Shown here in pieces: positions 50,936 through 63,317 of a DNA stretch of 64,000 nt. Origin of the DNA: Phyllosticta citribraziliensis (Eukaryota); assembly GCF_038025025.1 (NCBI RefSeq), contig NW_027117344.1, forward strand, positions 1,116,001 through 1,180,000, read 5' to 3'. The position numbers and the translations under genes were made by a program. How positions within the stretch are numbered: position 1 is the first letter of the stretch; each line of letters opens with the position of its first letter. Under the pieces are notes generated by a model. That model did no database searches, was not told where the DNA came from, and saw only the letters and a program-made list of their open reading frames with translations.

Positions 50936-51916
50936 CTCTCACTCGCGTCGAGGATACCAGTTCCAGTTTTGCAGATAGGTTTCAGCACAAGCCAAGCGGA
51001 GTGGTATTGTATGATGGATGAGTTTTGGAAGTAGTCAGTCAGGTTGGGGAGTCTGAGCCCCTGATCTGTCGCCGTCGTTGTGTACGATGTTTTCTTGCGA
51101 GTAACGAAATGCTCCCTTTTCTGCGTCGTCTCTTCCCTTTGGCCGTGATGATTGTCGTTGATCGCTTGCGTTGAGAGAAGCCTTTCTTTTTTTTCCTCCG
51201 TTTTTTTGTACGACGCGCTGTGCAGCCGCCACACCTTAAGAGCGATGATCTTGTTTCACACAACGCACAAAAAGAAAAGATGACAATGAATTTTTTTTCT
51301 TCCTTTTTCTCCTATTCGAATCACGGCTTCTTGTACCCCCCCTACGACCACCACCATGACAATGGACGTGGACAGGGCATCTCAGTGTGATGACGCGATG
51401 ATGTTGTCTTAGTAGGGAGATTCCCCGGTGATGTGTTGATATGAACGTGTACAACAGCAATGATGGCGCATAGGTGAAATCTCAACTCCTGCATGTGTAC
51501 GATATCATCGGTAGGCAAGGAAGCACGCATGCGCAAAATGGTGTCGTCCTCGCTGACAGGGGGCTGGTTGATAATCTCACACTCCCTCCTGCATGTGGAC
51601 GAGTCGTTTGCTTGTAATAGAAGAATGGAACGCGTCAGACTTGCTTTCTGAAAGAAGTTTGTTTGACATTGCCTTTGTGTGGTGATTTGTGCATGTCTTT
51701 TCGCTCTCATCCTACCTACCTGCCTGCCTACCCATTCGCTGCCCCCACCCGACCGGAAAACTCCTCGCTTTTCTGTCAAGACAGACAGACAGACCCATCG
51801 AAGAAAAGTTTTGAAAGTAATCGTAAAAAGAAGAGGAGGAATCCCACTACCCGTAACTGCACTGCGCTATGCCATGCCACGCTGCAACGTAGCCCTCGGT
51901 TCAATGACTTAATCAA

Positions 51917-54900
51917 TCACAGCATGTCGACATCGCCATCGCCGGCCGGCGCCATGCCAAAGGCAAACCTGCCCGTCTCCATGGCCGCGACGCGATCCAG
52001 CTCATCCTGGTACTCGCGACGGATGTCGTCGAGCGTGAGGAGGCGACGCTTGACGACCTGCTTGCCCAAGCCGACGCCGTCTGCGGCGGTGCCCTCGCGC
52101 TGGCCGACGAGGAGGTAGCGGTCGTCTTCCTTGACGAGAGCGAGCGTGTTGATGAGTACGAGGAAGAGGTTGACGATGCGGGAGTCCTTGGGGTCGTGCA
52201 GCGCCGCCGCCGACGCCTTGAGCCGCGAGATTTGGTCGTACAGCGCGTGCGCCGCGCCGCGGTAGTTGTTCTTGGCCACGCGGAACGCGTACAGCGTGCG
52301 GTGGTAGGACTCGCCCGGGCCCGAGGCCACGTTGAGCGCGTCGCGCGCCAGCGAGGCTAGCACTTCGTCGACGGCGTCCAGGTCGTGGCTGAAAGGCAGC
52401 GCAATGAGCGCCTTTTCGCGGTGCTGTGTCACCATGGCCTTGACGAGCGAGGACAGCGATGCTTTGCGCAGTCGCACGTCTTCGAAGCGGATGAGCGCGC
52501 CGTATGCACTGCGGAAGTTGGAACAGGCGACGCTGGCGTGGAAGAGGCGGGAGAGAATGTCTTGAACGCTCTGCAGAAAACATTGATTAGCGGAAGCCAT
52601 AGAGACGCAAGAATCTCACATTGTATACCTTGGGATGCGACGCCGCCTCTTTGTATATGAGCGCTTGTTCCGCCCACTGCACCACGAAAACGTGAGATTT
52701 TGCTTGGTCAAAGAGGTTCATTACGTGCTGGCAGAAGGGGCCAAGTCCCTTGCGGAATGAGTCCCTCTCTTCCGCATTCAAGAAGCTGTACGTGTCGATG
52801 TTGAAAATGTCAAAGAAGCCTACTTCTGTTAGCAAGCATTCTCTTATGGGTGAGTGCTGGTCACGTACCACAACCGTAGCTCGCTTTGTTGAAGTATATG
52901 CTCGCCATCTCATCCTTTCCAATGGCGAGATAGTAGCGAGCCCTGAGATAGGTTCCCCAGGCGTTGTTTGGAAGGAAGGGCAGGAATTCTGATGCGAGAT
53001 CAATGTTTCCATGCTTGAGCAAATTGCTCATAACACCGCCAGAAACAAACTCCCAGCTTTCCGGCAATGGAAGTCCAAAGGTCCACGCACGGCACCAGTA
53101 GGTGATGAGCTCAGGCAGAGTTCCTTCAGGGGTGCGCATTGTTGCCCAGTCACCGACGAATAGACTCTCGAAGATGGTGACTGTTGCCGTGGACTTCTTC
53201 ACTTGGGTTTCGCCAATGTCCATCTCAGAAGTCACTGACGAGGACCGTCTCCGAGTCCTTTGTGAATCTGCCCGCACGGTTCGTGCCAGCCATCTGGTTA
53301 TTAGAGCTCCTTTCAGCCTCTCTATCAGCACAGGATATATCTCGGCCACATCGAGATCGGGCAAAGACTCTTGGGGGTTCTCGAAGTCTGTGCCGACAAA
53401 GGCGATGAGCACTAGGAGGTCCAACAGAATCTCGTACGTCAACTCCAAGGTCTCTTGTGCGCCACGAATAAGCGTCTTTGCTCCATAGGCTGCAATAGCC
53501 CTCGGTTGCGAATGCCCGCGGACATTCTCGTCTAAACGTTCCAATGCAGCAACGACGAGCTCTTGAGTAATGCCTTGGAAGCCACCCAGATCGTCGAGGT
53601 GTGAACTGAGCTTCTCGAAATCGTCATCCGTTACTTGGTCGCAAATGCTGCAGTAGGCCTCGAGCTGTGCCATGCGGTCGAGAACGGCAAAGGACGATTC
53701 TTGCGCGGCCTCGCGTCGGACTGCGAGTTCGAGCTGGTAATTCAAAGAAGAAGGAAAGGATTTGCGAAAGACTGAAGCGGCTGTGAGCAGCTTTGCTACA
53801 TTTATGGACAAGTCGTCCTGGAGAGAAGCGAATAAGGGTCGAGAGAGGGGAGGATCTTCAGAGCCGGCAAATTTGTCCTCGTTCAGACGAAGGACCTCGA
53901 CTTCGGAGCACGTGCGGATTGGAGACACATAGTCTGCATGGAGTAACCATGGTAAGTTGTTGTCGAAATCATAGACGAGAGCGATGGGCTCCCCTCGTCG
54001 TTTGTGAAAATCTTCAACAACCCCGTAAAACACCTGCCATTGACTTGCCAGGTCGAGTTCGTGCTGATCGTGATCCAAGCCGTCCGGTCTTTGTCGTCTT
54101 TGAACTTTGACGGCAACGGCGATGGATATCTTTTCCTTCAGAGACATCTTGCCTGCAGCTGTGTACTGCCGCATAGACTCGTCGGACAGACCCCGAAGAT
54201 AAACCCCAAGAGCTGCTTCAAGAGTGGGAAGCGTAAATCGGCCAGGGTAGAAGAGGAAGTCAAGGTACTTCTCGGTAACGCTGCGAGAATGGAATGATGG
54301 GTCTTCAATGTCGAGATCACGCGGGTTTGATGGAGCCGCCTTCAACGAATCTGCAGTGAGCGACCCAGCATCGACGGTGGTCCAGTTGTTTCTCCAGGTA
54401 TCTTCGAGCTGCTCCAGGTCGTCGTACAGGCTGAAACGGAGGTTGAAGACCGAGCATCTTGGCCCTGATCTGACTTGGATCCAGAGATCTGCGTCCCTCC
54501 AGCCGGACTTGGGCTTTATGCTGAATTCCTCCAGGTTCCAGACCGTTGTGTTCATCAGTTCGTCAATTGGAGGTGTGAAGACGAACTCGGGCTGGACGTC
54601 ATGGATGCCATGTTCTTGGTGATCCGCGTCTCTGACGCCCCAGAACTTGAATTGGTGGCGCTTTGGCGAGTAGGTCACGATGAAATACTCATCCCCATCT
54701 CGAGGCGCCTGAACCTCCAGTATCTGCATCAGCTTGCGCTGCTCGGCACCGACGAAGAACTGAGCCATCTTCTGTGGATCCCGATTGTTTTCGCCGAGCA
54801 GGTCGGTCTCAAGTCCCACTCTGCCAGTATTGATATTCCATGATCTCAGTGTATGGTTCAGCGTGACGGTCCAGATGTGCTGTTGGTCGGGGGAACGCTC

Positions 54901-55745
54901 TATCGCGGCGGCAGTCGAAGCTTGAAGGTCGCGATCTCCAAAACGGATGGTCCGGCTGCCCTTCCATGGCAAGAAGCTTTTCAACGCTGAACCAAAGCCG
55001 CCCTCGCCATAGAAGGTTTCGCGCCAGAATGAGCCTATGACAATCTATTTTAGTACAATTTCAATGAGTTCGCCGGGTTGCTCCTACCATCATCGGCAGC
55101 GTTCTTTGTCAAGCGCAACACTTGCCCATCCTCGAGAGAAATGAGCAGCTCTTGAGCACTTGGGGCGACCAAGCGGTATGGTGTGCGTAAAGTGAACGCC
55201 GTAGGAACGCACGATTTGCACCAAACGTCGATCTCTACCTCTGTCGCAGCTGGCCGGATAAAGAAGTCTCTTGGAAGATCGAGGGTATAAAGCTCGCGCG
55301 CAGTTGTGAGGACAAAAACATTCAGCGAATCTTTCTCAGCAGGCTCCGCAAGGGCGACACCGAAAGGCTGGATTGGATTCGGAAACTCCAATAACAGGGT
55401 CAAGATAGCTTCGCCCTTTGGGTGTTTGTCGACTGTGAGGTCTACCGAGCGCAACTCTAGTATCTTGCGCTCGGACAAGACCCTCCACAGGAAGCTTCGC
55501 GGATGGGTGTGCTTCTGGCGGAAGAAGATGGAGGACTCGCCCGCAGCGAGATGCTGGCGTACGAAGCCAGTCTCATCGGCGCCTTGATAGTGGTCTTGGA
55601 GGATGCGGCGAGTGCCCTTGGATCGGGACAAGAAGGTTGAATTGCCGTGGGAGGGTAGATTGATTCCTATGGTGGTGCCGGCGTATGATGGATCGAGATT
55701 CAGGCGCGTCTCCCGGTGGAGGAGAGGAGCAGCAGGAGTGGCCAT
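51917..55745 (-). CDS. NUP120: Nucleoporin Nup120/Nup160
   Basis: SIFFRQKHTHPRSFLWRVL, TVTLNHTLRSWNI, FLFYPGRFT and C-terminal LYAFRVAKNNYRGAA..LLTLDDIRREYQDELDR. Introns about 55087-55035, 52868-52820 and 52628-52572. Confidence 0.85.
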
Positions 55746-56128
55746 GCCTGCGCCATCCAGTGAAGAGCAAGCGCGGGCGAAAATGGGGAGGTGGTGGTCG
55801 ACGGGCGCGGGGGATGGGCGGCGACGGCGGTGTTGACGGTTGTGGAGCTGGAGCGTCTGCAGCTACACGCAACGCGAAACTTTGGAGCTTCGCCGACAGG
55901 GATCGACGCGTGCACCGCCACAACAGCCACAATTTTGTCATGTCTTGCTGCGTTGTTTCATTGTACAAACTCTAGCAAGTAGCCATTAACGCAGATACCC
56001 TAGCTAAAACACCACTTCCATAGCCAAAAGTCTTTCAAAACGCCTTGCTAAGCAAACCCCCATCCATGCAAATCATTCCCTGCAACAAAGCCTCCGAAGA
56101 GACACGAGAAGAGTAATCAGCTTGCCCT

Positions 56129-57350
56129 CTAGTCCTTTTCGAGATCCTTCGGGCTTGGGTCGCCAATTCCATCTTCGTTGATGGCAAACATGGCGTCGCT
56201 TTCAGGCAAACACGGACTATCGTAGATTTTGCATACTCTTGTCTCGCCACGGCCCTTGCGCAGGCTCAATCGTGTCGTACTAGCATGGGCAATGATGTTG
56301 CCGCCAATGGGCTTCTTCGGGTCTGGATTAAACATGGCACTAGGTCCTCCGTCGACTTGGGCCACGACCTGATTCGTAATGACGACCGCAATGCCGAATT
56401 CGTCGGCAAGCCGTTGAAGGTTGCGCATAAACTTGGCCAGGTGCACTTGGCGCGCCGACAGCTCTCCTCGACCCATGAAGTCTGTGCGATACAAGGATGT
56501 CGCCGAGTCGACTATGAGAAGAGAGAATCGCGTTTCTGTCATCATCTGAGCTGCCTGTTGGAGAAGTTGAAGTTGATGATCCGAGTTGTATGCGCGAGCG
56601 TAGGCGACGTTGTCGAGGACTTCTTCGCCGGAGAGGCCGTAGCGGTTCGCAACAGCCAGCAGACGTACAGGTCTGATGTATGTCAGTGGATTGGTTGCAG
56701 TGTGGTTATCCTCGCAAAACTGAATCTGACCTGAAAGTTCCTTCGGTGTCAATGTACAGACACTTCCCCTCGCCACCACCCATGTCAAAGGGCAGTTGGC
56801 ATGTCACAGCCAGCGTGTGGCATATTTGACTTTTCCCGGTCCTGAATTCTCCAAATATCTCGGTAATGGAGCCTGTCTCGATGCCGCCAGCGAGGAGAGT
56901 ATCGAGCTGCTTGGACCCAGTTGTGATGGAAATTAGCTCACTTCGACGTTGATGCATCTCAGTTGCCGTTGTGAAGCCCATGGGAACCAATTTCGATGCT
57001 AGAAGAGGATCAGCCGGAAGTGCGAGCAATTTCTCGACGGCTGTGACTGACCTTCAGCCAATATCTTGGACGCCTTCTGCTCCGAGATTCCCTTGATTTG
57101 CTCCAGTAACCTCCGAGGCCTTTCGTCATGTCAGCGTTGAAAAAACTCCATGGGTACCAAGTGGGGACGGAACGTACGTGTAAGCAACAGACTCGACAGT
57201 ATGATATCCACCGTCCATTATGAGCTTGATGTCGCGCGCTGAAAGGCCATTCACACCCTCAAGGGCTGTGAGGGGCGTCGGGGCACCGGGGCCGCCCACG
57301 GAGCCATCGTCCAGGCCTGATTGGGACTGCAGGTCGTCTTCGGCACTCAT
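56129..57350 (-). CDS. RAD51: DNA recombinase Rad51 (uvsC/mei-3 orthologue)
   Basis: Walker [21 protein letters not shown], Walker [28 protein letters not shown] and [10 protein letters not shown]. Three introns, the first 57177-57120 with an AAG acceptor. Confidence 0.97.
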
Positions 57351-57479
57351 GATGATTGTGGAAGAGTTTTCGAGTACAGTGAAAGTCTGGTTTTGACTGC
57401 GAAGAAGCCTGGCTAGCGAGGGTTGGGGTGGCGCGAGTGTGTTGACAGAGGGAGAGAGGACGCGCGGTGGGGGAAGGCG

Positions 57480-57485
57480 ACGCGT
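57480..57485. promoter_or_regulatory. MCB-like element (ACGCGT) upstream of RAD51
   Basis: Exact ACGCGT 130 bp upstream of the RAD51 ATG, among several CGCG cores. MBF regulation of RAD51 is established in yeasts. Confidence 0.45.
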
Positions 57486-58146
57486 TGGCGAAGTGGCGAG
57501 TCGCGCCCTCACATGCTCTTGCTGCCTAGCGCGGAAACGCCGCCTGAGGCATCCATATTCGTTGAGATGCCGGTGCCTGTGCCGGACCTGAGATTTCCAT
57601 GTGGAGGCGCCATCGTTCATAACTGCAGCTAGACCCAGAGACTACCATTTCTTCTCCTTTGATACGCAATACAATGCGCAACTCTCATCAAGTCGTCATT
57701 TACTGTACCTGCATGCGCTCCACTCCTCTCTCAATCCTCGCCAAAGATCCTCCTCCTACAACCACGTCGCTCGTCCAATTCAGAAATGCCAACAAGAGAC
57801 ATCGCCGGGACGCCGAAAAAGCAGCTACGCACTCATCTCATTGGCTTGAATTGAACTAGTCACCGACTGATCTGTGTCCGAGTACCACAAGCGGGGACTC
57901 TCTGAGAGCCGTCCCCGCACGTCTCGGAATCCGGCCGAGGGGCAATGATGGACTACTGTTTCCCCACGAGGACCCTCTTGAGCATCATGGCATTAGCCTC
58001 GGCCTGGAAAGTGATAGGCGCTGCCTCCTTTTCCTATATCTGGTAAATGCATTCTTCGTTCCCTGCTCTCTTCGGACGCCAAAGCACATTGTCCTCTTCC
58101 TCTCAGCGTTCTGCTTCCTCTCTCAAGTCCACCAGCTCAACATCTC

Positions 58147-60174
58147 ATGGCCATGTCTGAGAAGCGACCAGTTCGTATTGCAGGTATCCGACCGCTTACC
58201 ATTTGTTTGTCAGAACTGCTTGCCAACAATCACAGGATGCTCTGGCTCAACGGCAGACAGGCGAGACGCCATGCGCGCTCTGTCGGCCAACTTTGCTACA
58301 GACCCTGTTGACGTCATCATTGGAGACTGGATGTCGGAGGCAAACATGACTTCCCGTGGTGTTGCCAAGATGGATGCTGAAGGGGATGCCTATGAACCGA
58401 CATTCCTCGAGGCCCTTGGTCCAGCTTTGCCGCACATTGCCAAACATGGCATCAAAGTTGCGGCCAACGCGGGGGCTTCCGATACACGCAAGCTCCACGA
58501 GATTGTAACCAAGATGATCAAAGACCAAGGTTTGGACCTCAAAGTAGCTTGGATATCCGGAGACGAAGTTCTCCCAGCAATCCAAAAAACTTTGAAGTCG
58601 GGACAGTCTCAATTCGAAAACATTTGCACTGGAGAAGTCCTTCAAGATTGGAAGTTCGAGCCCACGTATGCTCAAGCTTATCTTGGTGGCTTGGGCATTG
58701 CAGAAGCCTTTGCTCGTGGAGCAGGTCCGTAGGCACGCCTTCGTTTGGAATTTCCATGCTGAATCAAACAGATATTGTCATCTGCGGCCGAGTGTCAGAT
58801 GCTTCCCCCGTCATTGGCGCTGCATACTGGTGGCACAACTGGACTCGTAGCGACCTTCTCCAGCTAGCCAACGCCTTCGTAGCCGGCCATTTGATAGAAT
58901 GCTCCAACTACGTCTGCGGCGGAAACTTTAGTGGCTTCAAAAGTCTTGCATCAAAAGGCTGGGATGACATTGGGTATCCCATTGCCGAAATTTCGAGCTC
59001 AGGCGCCGTCGTAATCACCAAAAATCTTGGGACTGGCGGAGAAGTGTCTGTCGATACCTGCACCAGCCAGTTACTCTACGAAATTCAGGGGCCTTGGTAT
59101 TTCAACTCAGACGTAACTGCCTTGCTCTCTGACCTCTGGTTTGAGCAGCTCTCCGCCGACCGCGTCGCCCTGCATGGCGTCAAAGCAGATCTCCCGCCAC
59201 CAACGACTAAAGTCGGCATCACTGCCAAAGGCGGCTACCAAGCCGAGTTCCACTGGTTCCTCGTCGGCCTGGACATCAAGGAAAAGGCAACCATGATGGA
59301 GTCTCAAATTCGCAAAATGCTGTCTTCGCACATTCACCACTTCTCGAAGCTGGAGTTCACCACCAACGGGTCAGTGCCAGAAAATCCCACCAACCAAAAC
59401 GCCGCCACGGTCGACCTTCGAGTCTTTGCCCAGGCGCCGAATGCCAGGGATCTAATGCCGGATCGTTTCCTGCGGCCATGCATGGACCCGGTCATGCAAG
59501 GATATCCAGGCGCAACGCCCCATCTAGACATTCGTCAGGGCCTTCCCCGTCCAATCTACGAATATTATGTGACTTTGCTGCCACAAGCAGACTTGCAACA
59601 CAAAGTCCACCTGCATACGGGCGAGGATGTGGAAATCGCGCCGCCATTAGAGACACAGGTTTGGCCAAAGCAGCAACCGAGCCAGCCGACAACCGATGAA
59701 CAAGTAAGCTTGGGGGCACATGGTAAGACGGTCAGGGGACCTCTAGGATGGATCGTCCACGCTAGAAGCGGCGACAAGGGAAGCAACGCCAACGTTGGCT
59801 TCTGGGTGCGTTTTGCGGACGAGTGGGACTGGCTGAAAAGCTTATTGAGCGTGGATACGGTCAAAGAGTTGTTGGCCGAAGAATACACTGGAAAGGCGAT
59901 TGTGAGTTATTTCCCACAATGCATGTCGAGGAAAATGGCTGGCAGTTTCTGGCACAGCGACGTCTGGTCGAAGATGATTGATTCACTGATTGATTTCCAG
60001 GATCGCTTCGAGCTTCCCAACCTCCGCGCTGTCCATTTCCTGCTCCACGACCATCTTGACCGTGGCGTCAGCTGTTCAAGCTCTTATGATTTCTTGGCCA
60101 AGAATGTGGCAGAATTCTTGCGCGCGCGGCATGTGGACTTGCCGGTGCGATTTCTGGAAAGGGGGAAGCTGTAG
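58147..60174 (+). CDS. AtuA/DUF1446 (acyclic terpene utilisation-like) protein
   Basis: RPVRIAGCSGSTADRR, DVIIGDWMSE, AYLGGLGI, DIVICGRVSDAS, GHLIECSNYVCGGNF, QLLYEIQG and HARSGDKGSNANVG. Introns 58184-58235, 58725-58771 and 59902-60000. Confidence 0.9.
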
Positions 60175-60783
60175 ACTTTGTTTCCCGTTTGGAACTTGCG
60201 ATCCCAACCCGTGAGTTGCTACACCATGCCCCGTTGTGTATGGAAAAATCTGTCTTTTTTCAGCATATCGAATGGCATAGCAAGGATTACGAGAGAGAAA
60301 CATGTGCATCGTGTAGCGCTTCAGCTCGAGCCTATTTATCGTCCATTCACACGACATGTCTGTGGTCAAAGCAATGGCGGCTTTTAGAAGCCTTTCCAAT
60401 GGTCGCTATCAATGCGTTCTGTGCCAATTGTGCTTCTTGTTCCGCGTCAGTGCATTCGAAGACAACACAACACAGACACCGAACTAGAAACTGTCTTGGT
60501 TGCATTTCTTGACTCACTCTGCCCTCCTGGAGCAACGGAATTTGACTTCAACTTGCTATATTTACTTCACGTATGCTATCTTGTTACCTACATCTAACAG
60601 CCTCTTGTCTACACCTTCAGCTCTGTCCTTCAGCGAGCAGCCACCGGTTCCTCAACTGACCAAGACTCTCGGCGCCTGGAGCGTCTATTTAGCGGACCTC
60701 TCCATCTACTACGATCACAATTAGATCCACGAAGGATACCACCGTCCACCTGGATCCCTAATAGCCTGCACACAAGAACAACA

Positions 60784-62145
60784 ATGTCGCCAGAACAAAA
60801 TACTCCTGGGCCGCGTAGGCGAACACGGGGCCTCACGAATCCCGCGCCTTTCCTGCGGCCCTATCGCCGCATGCCTACGCCGCAAGTGCCGCCCCGACCA
60901 GCGACTTCGCCTGCTGCGCTACCTACCGGTCGACTCCGTGGCGATCGAGACTCGCGGCGGTTAAGAAGTGGCAATCCCTCCCCTGAGTCAATAACGACGA
61001 CGACGACGAGGACCCCAGGACACACAGGCATAGAAACTGGATATTGCACGTATGCGGAGGAGAAAGAAGAAGAACCACGGGTATTTACCGCGCCCTCGCC
61101 TGTCAGCCCCCCAACAGAGTCAATTTCTTGCACGCAATCGGATTGCATTTATGAGTGCAGCCCCCTGGAACCACCTTTTTCCTACTTCCCAACACCCCCT
61201 CCTCCTTCGAACCACTGCCCACGCCACCACCACAGGAATCGGCGTCTAAACAGCCACACCCGGTCCATTTCCGATGGTATCGTCCCCTATAACCTACCTA
61301 AGCCCCCAAGAACTTCTCCCCTAGACTGGACGCCGCGGCCGCTGCCCGTCCGCATCGCACGATGCCCTGGACACCCGCCGGCTCGCGACGCAATTTTCGC
61401 GCCGCCAGCAACGCCGTACCCGCTAGCGCTAGCGGGCGTGACTGTCGTGGCGAGCCCTTGGACGGGCGCTTCGTCCTCTTCGTCGTCGTCGCCCACTTCG
61501 CTCAAGTCAAACAAGTCATCCGGGTCTGGCTCGCCAATCGACTGGAGTCCTTTTCATGCGAGTGCGCCAAAGAGTGCAAGAGGGGGAGAGGGACAGGTCG
61601 GCAGGCTGTGGGGACGGAGCCTCCCTTGGGGCTTGCGCGTGCCGTCAGGTTTGACGTCGCCGTCTCGTTTGACAGGTAGGGATGGGAGTGGTGGGGTGCT
61701 GATGCCGCTGCGTGCGGCACCGCCTCCGCCTCCTCTTCCATCCCGCATTCTCCCGAGGACGCAGCCAAGAGCCGCAGCTGGCCCCGTTCATCCAGCGTCT
61801 TCACAGCCGCCGGGTGATGGGCATCAGGGCTCGCAAGGTCCGTCACTTCTCACGCAAATCCTGAACGCGCGGGTGTGGGTGACGGCTACATCCCGCGTTT
61901 TCGGACCCGCCGATCCACGCACTGTGGCGGCGAGGAGGGAGGAGAGCGCGAGGAGAGTCGAGCGGGCGAATTGGGTGGAGAGAATTGAGGCGTCTTTGGG
62001 AAGGACGAAGGGCTTAAGAGATTGGTGGAGTGGTAGAGGGCATGGGAGAGGCGGTGCGAACAGAGAAGACGGTAAAAGGGTCAGATTCGTCGAAGAAAAT
62101 GTTGAAGGCGATGAAAAGACGGAAGTGAATGATGGGAAGAGGTGA
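60784..62145 (+). CDS. Pro/Ser/Arg-rich hypothetical protein (453 aa, intronless)
   Basis: 1362-nt uninterrupted ORF with ACA-ATG start context filling the gap between two genes. Low complexity, no recognisable domain; KRVRF motif near the C-terminus. Confidence 0.55.
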   Translation: MSPEQNTPGPRRRTRGLTNPAPFLRPYRRMPTPQVPPRPATSPAALPTGRLRGDRDSRRLRSGNPSPESITTTTTRTPGHTGIETGYCTYAEEKEEEPRVFTAPSPVSPPTESISCTQSDCIYECSPLEPPFSYFPTPPPPSNHCPRHHHRNRRLNSHTRSISDGIVPYNLPKPPRTSPLDWTPRPLPVRIARCPGHPPARDAIFAPPATPYPLALAGVTVVASPWTGASSSSSSSPTSLKSNKSSGSGSPIDWSPFHASAPKSARGGEGQVGRLWGRSLPWGLRVPSGLTSPSRLTGRDGSGGVLMPLRAAPPPPPLPSRILPRTQPRAAAGPVHPASSQPPGDGHQGSQGPSLLTQILNARVWVTATSRVFGPADPRTVAARREESARRVERANWVERIEASLGRTKGLRDWWSGRGHGRGGANREDGKRVRFVEENVEGDEKTEVNDGKR

Positions 62146-63317
62146 AGAAAGTCTTGGTGAGATGATGAGGAAACGGTAGTACGAAAGCCGCAAAGGCAAA
62201 TTGGGTAATACTTTGCTTCTTTCCTCTTCATTCGAACTTCCAAATTGTTCCTGTGGTATTCGGAGAGATCGCCTCTCGTCATCCCTTCGTGAGTAGCACC
62301 CGAGGCTCGATGGCAAAAACACGGTAGACACAACTACTCGTGCTTGATAATAGACAACTCCCTAGCTCTTTCATGGTTAAAGAGTGGTGGTGGATTTTGA
62401 ACGCTCCTCATTGCCTCTCTGGCTGCGATCTTGAACGCTTCCTATCACTCCTCCTTTCCGTAGATGAGATGAATGCTCCCTGTCTGTCATCTTTTGGTCT
62501 TGTGTGCAACGACTCTCTCCTCAAAGCCCCAATGGAATGGTTCATCGTTGGTTTCATGTGATGAACTAGACATTGACTAACGTCTCCGTTGGTAGTCTCT
62601 TGAGGGATAGATACCCTAGCTAGACGGAGTATGGTCAGGATATGGGCAGATTCCAACAAAGCCATTCATCAAACAATTGTGTGGAGCATCCATCACGGTA
62701 TCCGACAAGGCAGAGGTCGGAGAAAAGACCCGAAGTTAGACAGAGTTGGCCGTGGCATCCGAGGCGTATTATAGAAGGGCGTGGAGCTGGTGTGAGGCGG
62801 CGGATCCAGGGGCCCGCGGTGGAGCAGGGCGGCAGCGAAAGGAGCGCAATCAGACGATGTCAATGTTATCTCGAAAGATGTGTGATGTTGACGATGAATC
62901 TTGTCCGTCAGGCAGGAGGGGCGGACGTGCGTCACTGACTCTTGGGTCCATGTCTGCCCCACTACCGCACCCGAGTTAAAAGACCCCGCGCCTCAGCACT
63001 GAAAACATTGAGTCGAGCCCCTCTTCCCTCACCTCCATCACTTCGCCTTCAATTCCTCAACAGATACCCTTCACCACAGAGGTGAGTTTCCCCTTATCTT
63101 CCTTCATCCAAGCTTGTGAGCCCCGAGTCACTGCGCTGGTGGCAATGCCACGGCTCGTCGCGCCAAGAGGGCCCCCCTCATATGGAGACATCACTCCACG
63201 TTGGCACGCCGATTCCGGGCTGCAAGAATCAGGCGCAATCTCTTGGGGCTCGCATTCCCTTCTCTCTCTCGTCCCGTCACACTCGTCGCCGGACTCAGCT
63301 AAACACAGCACAGCAAA

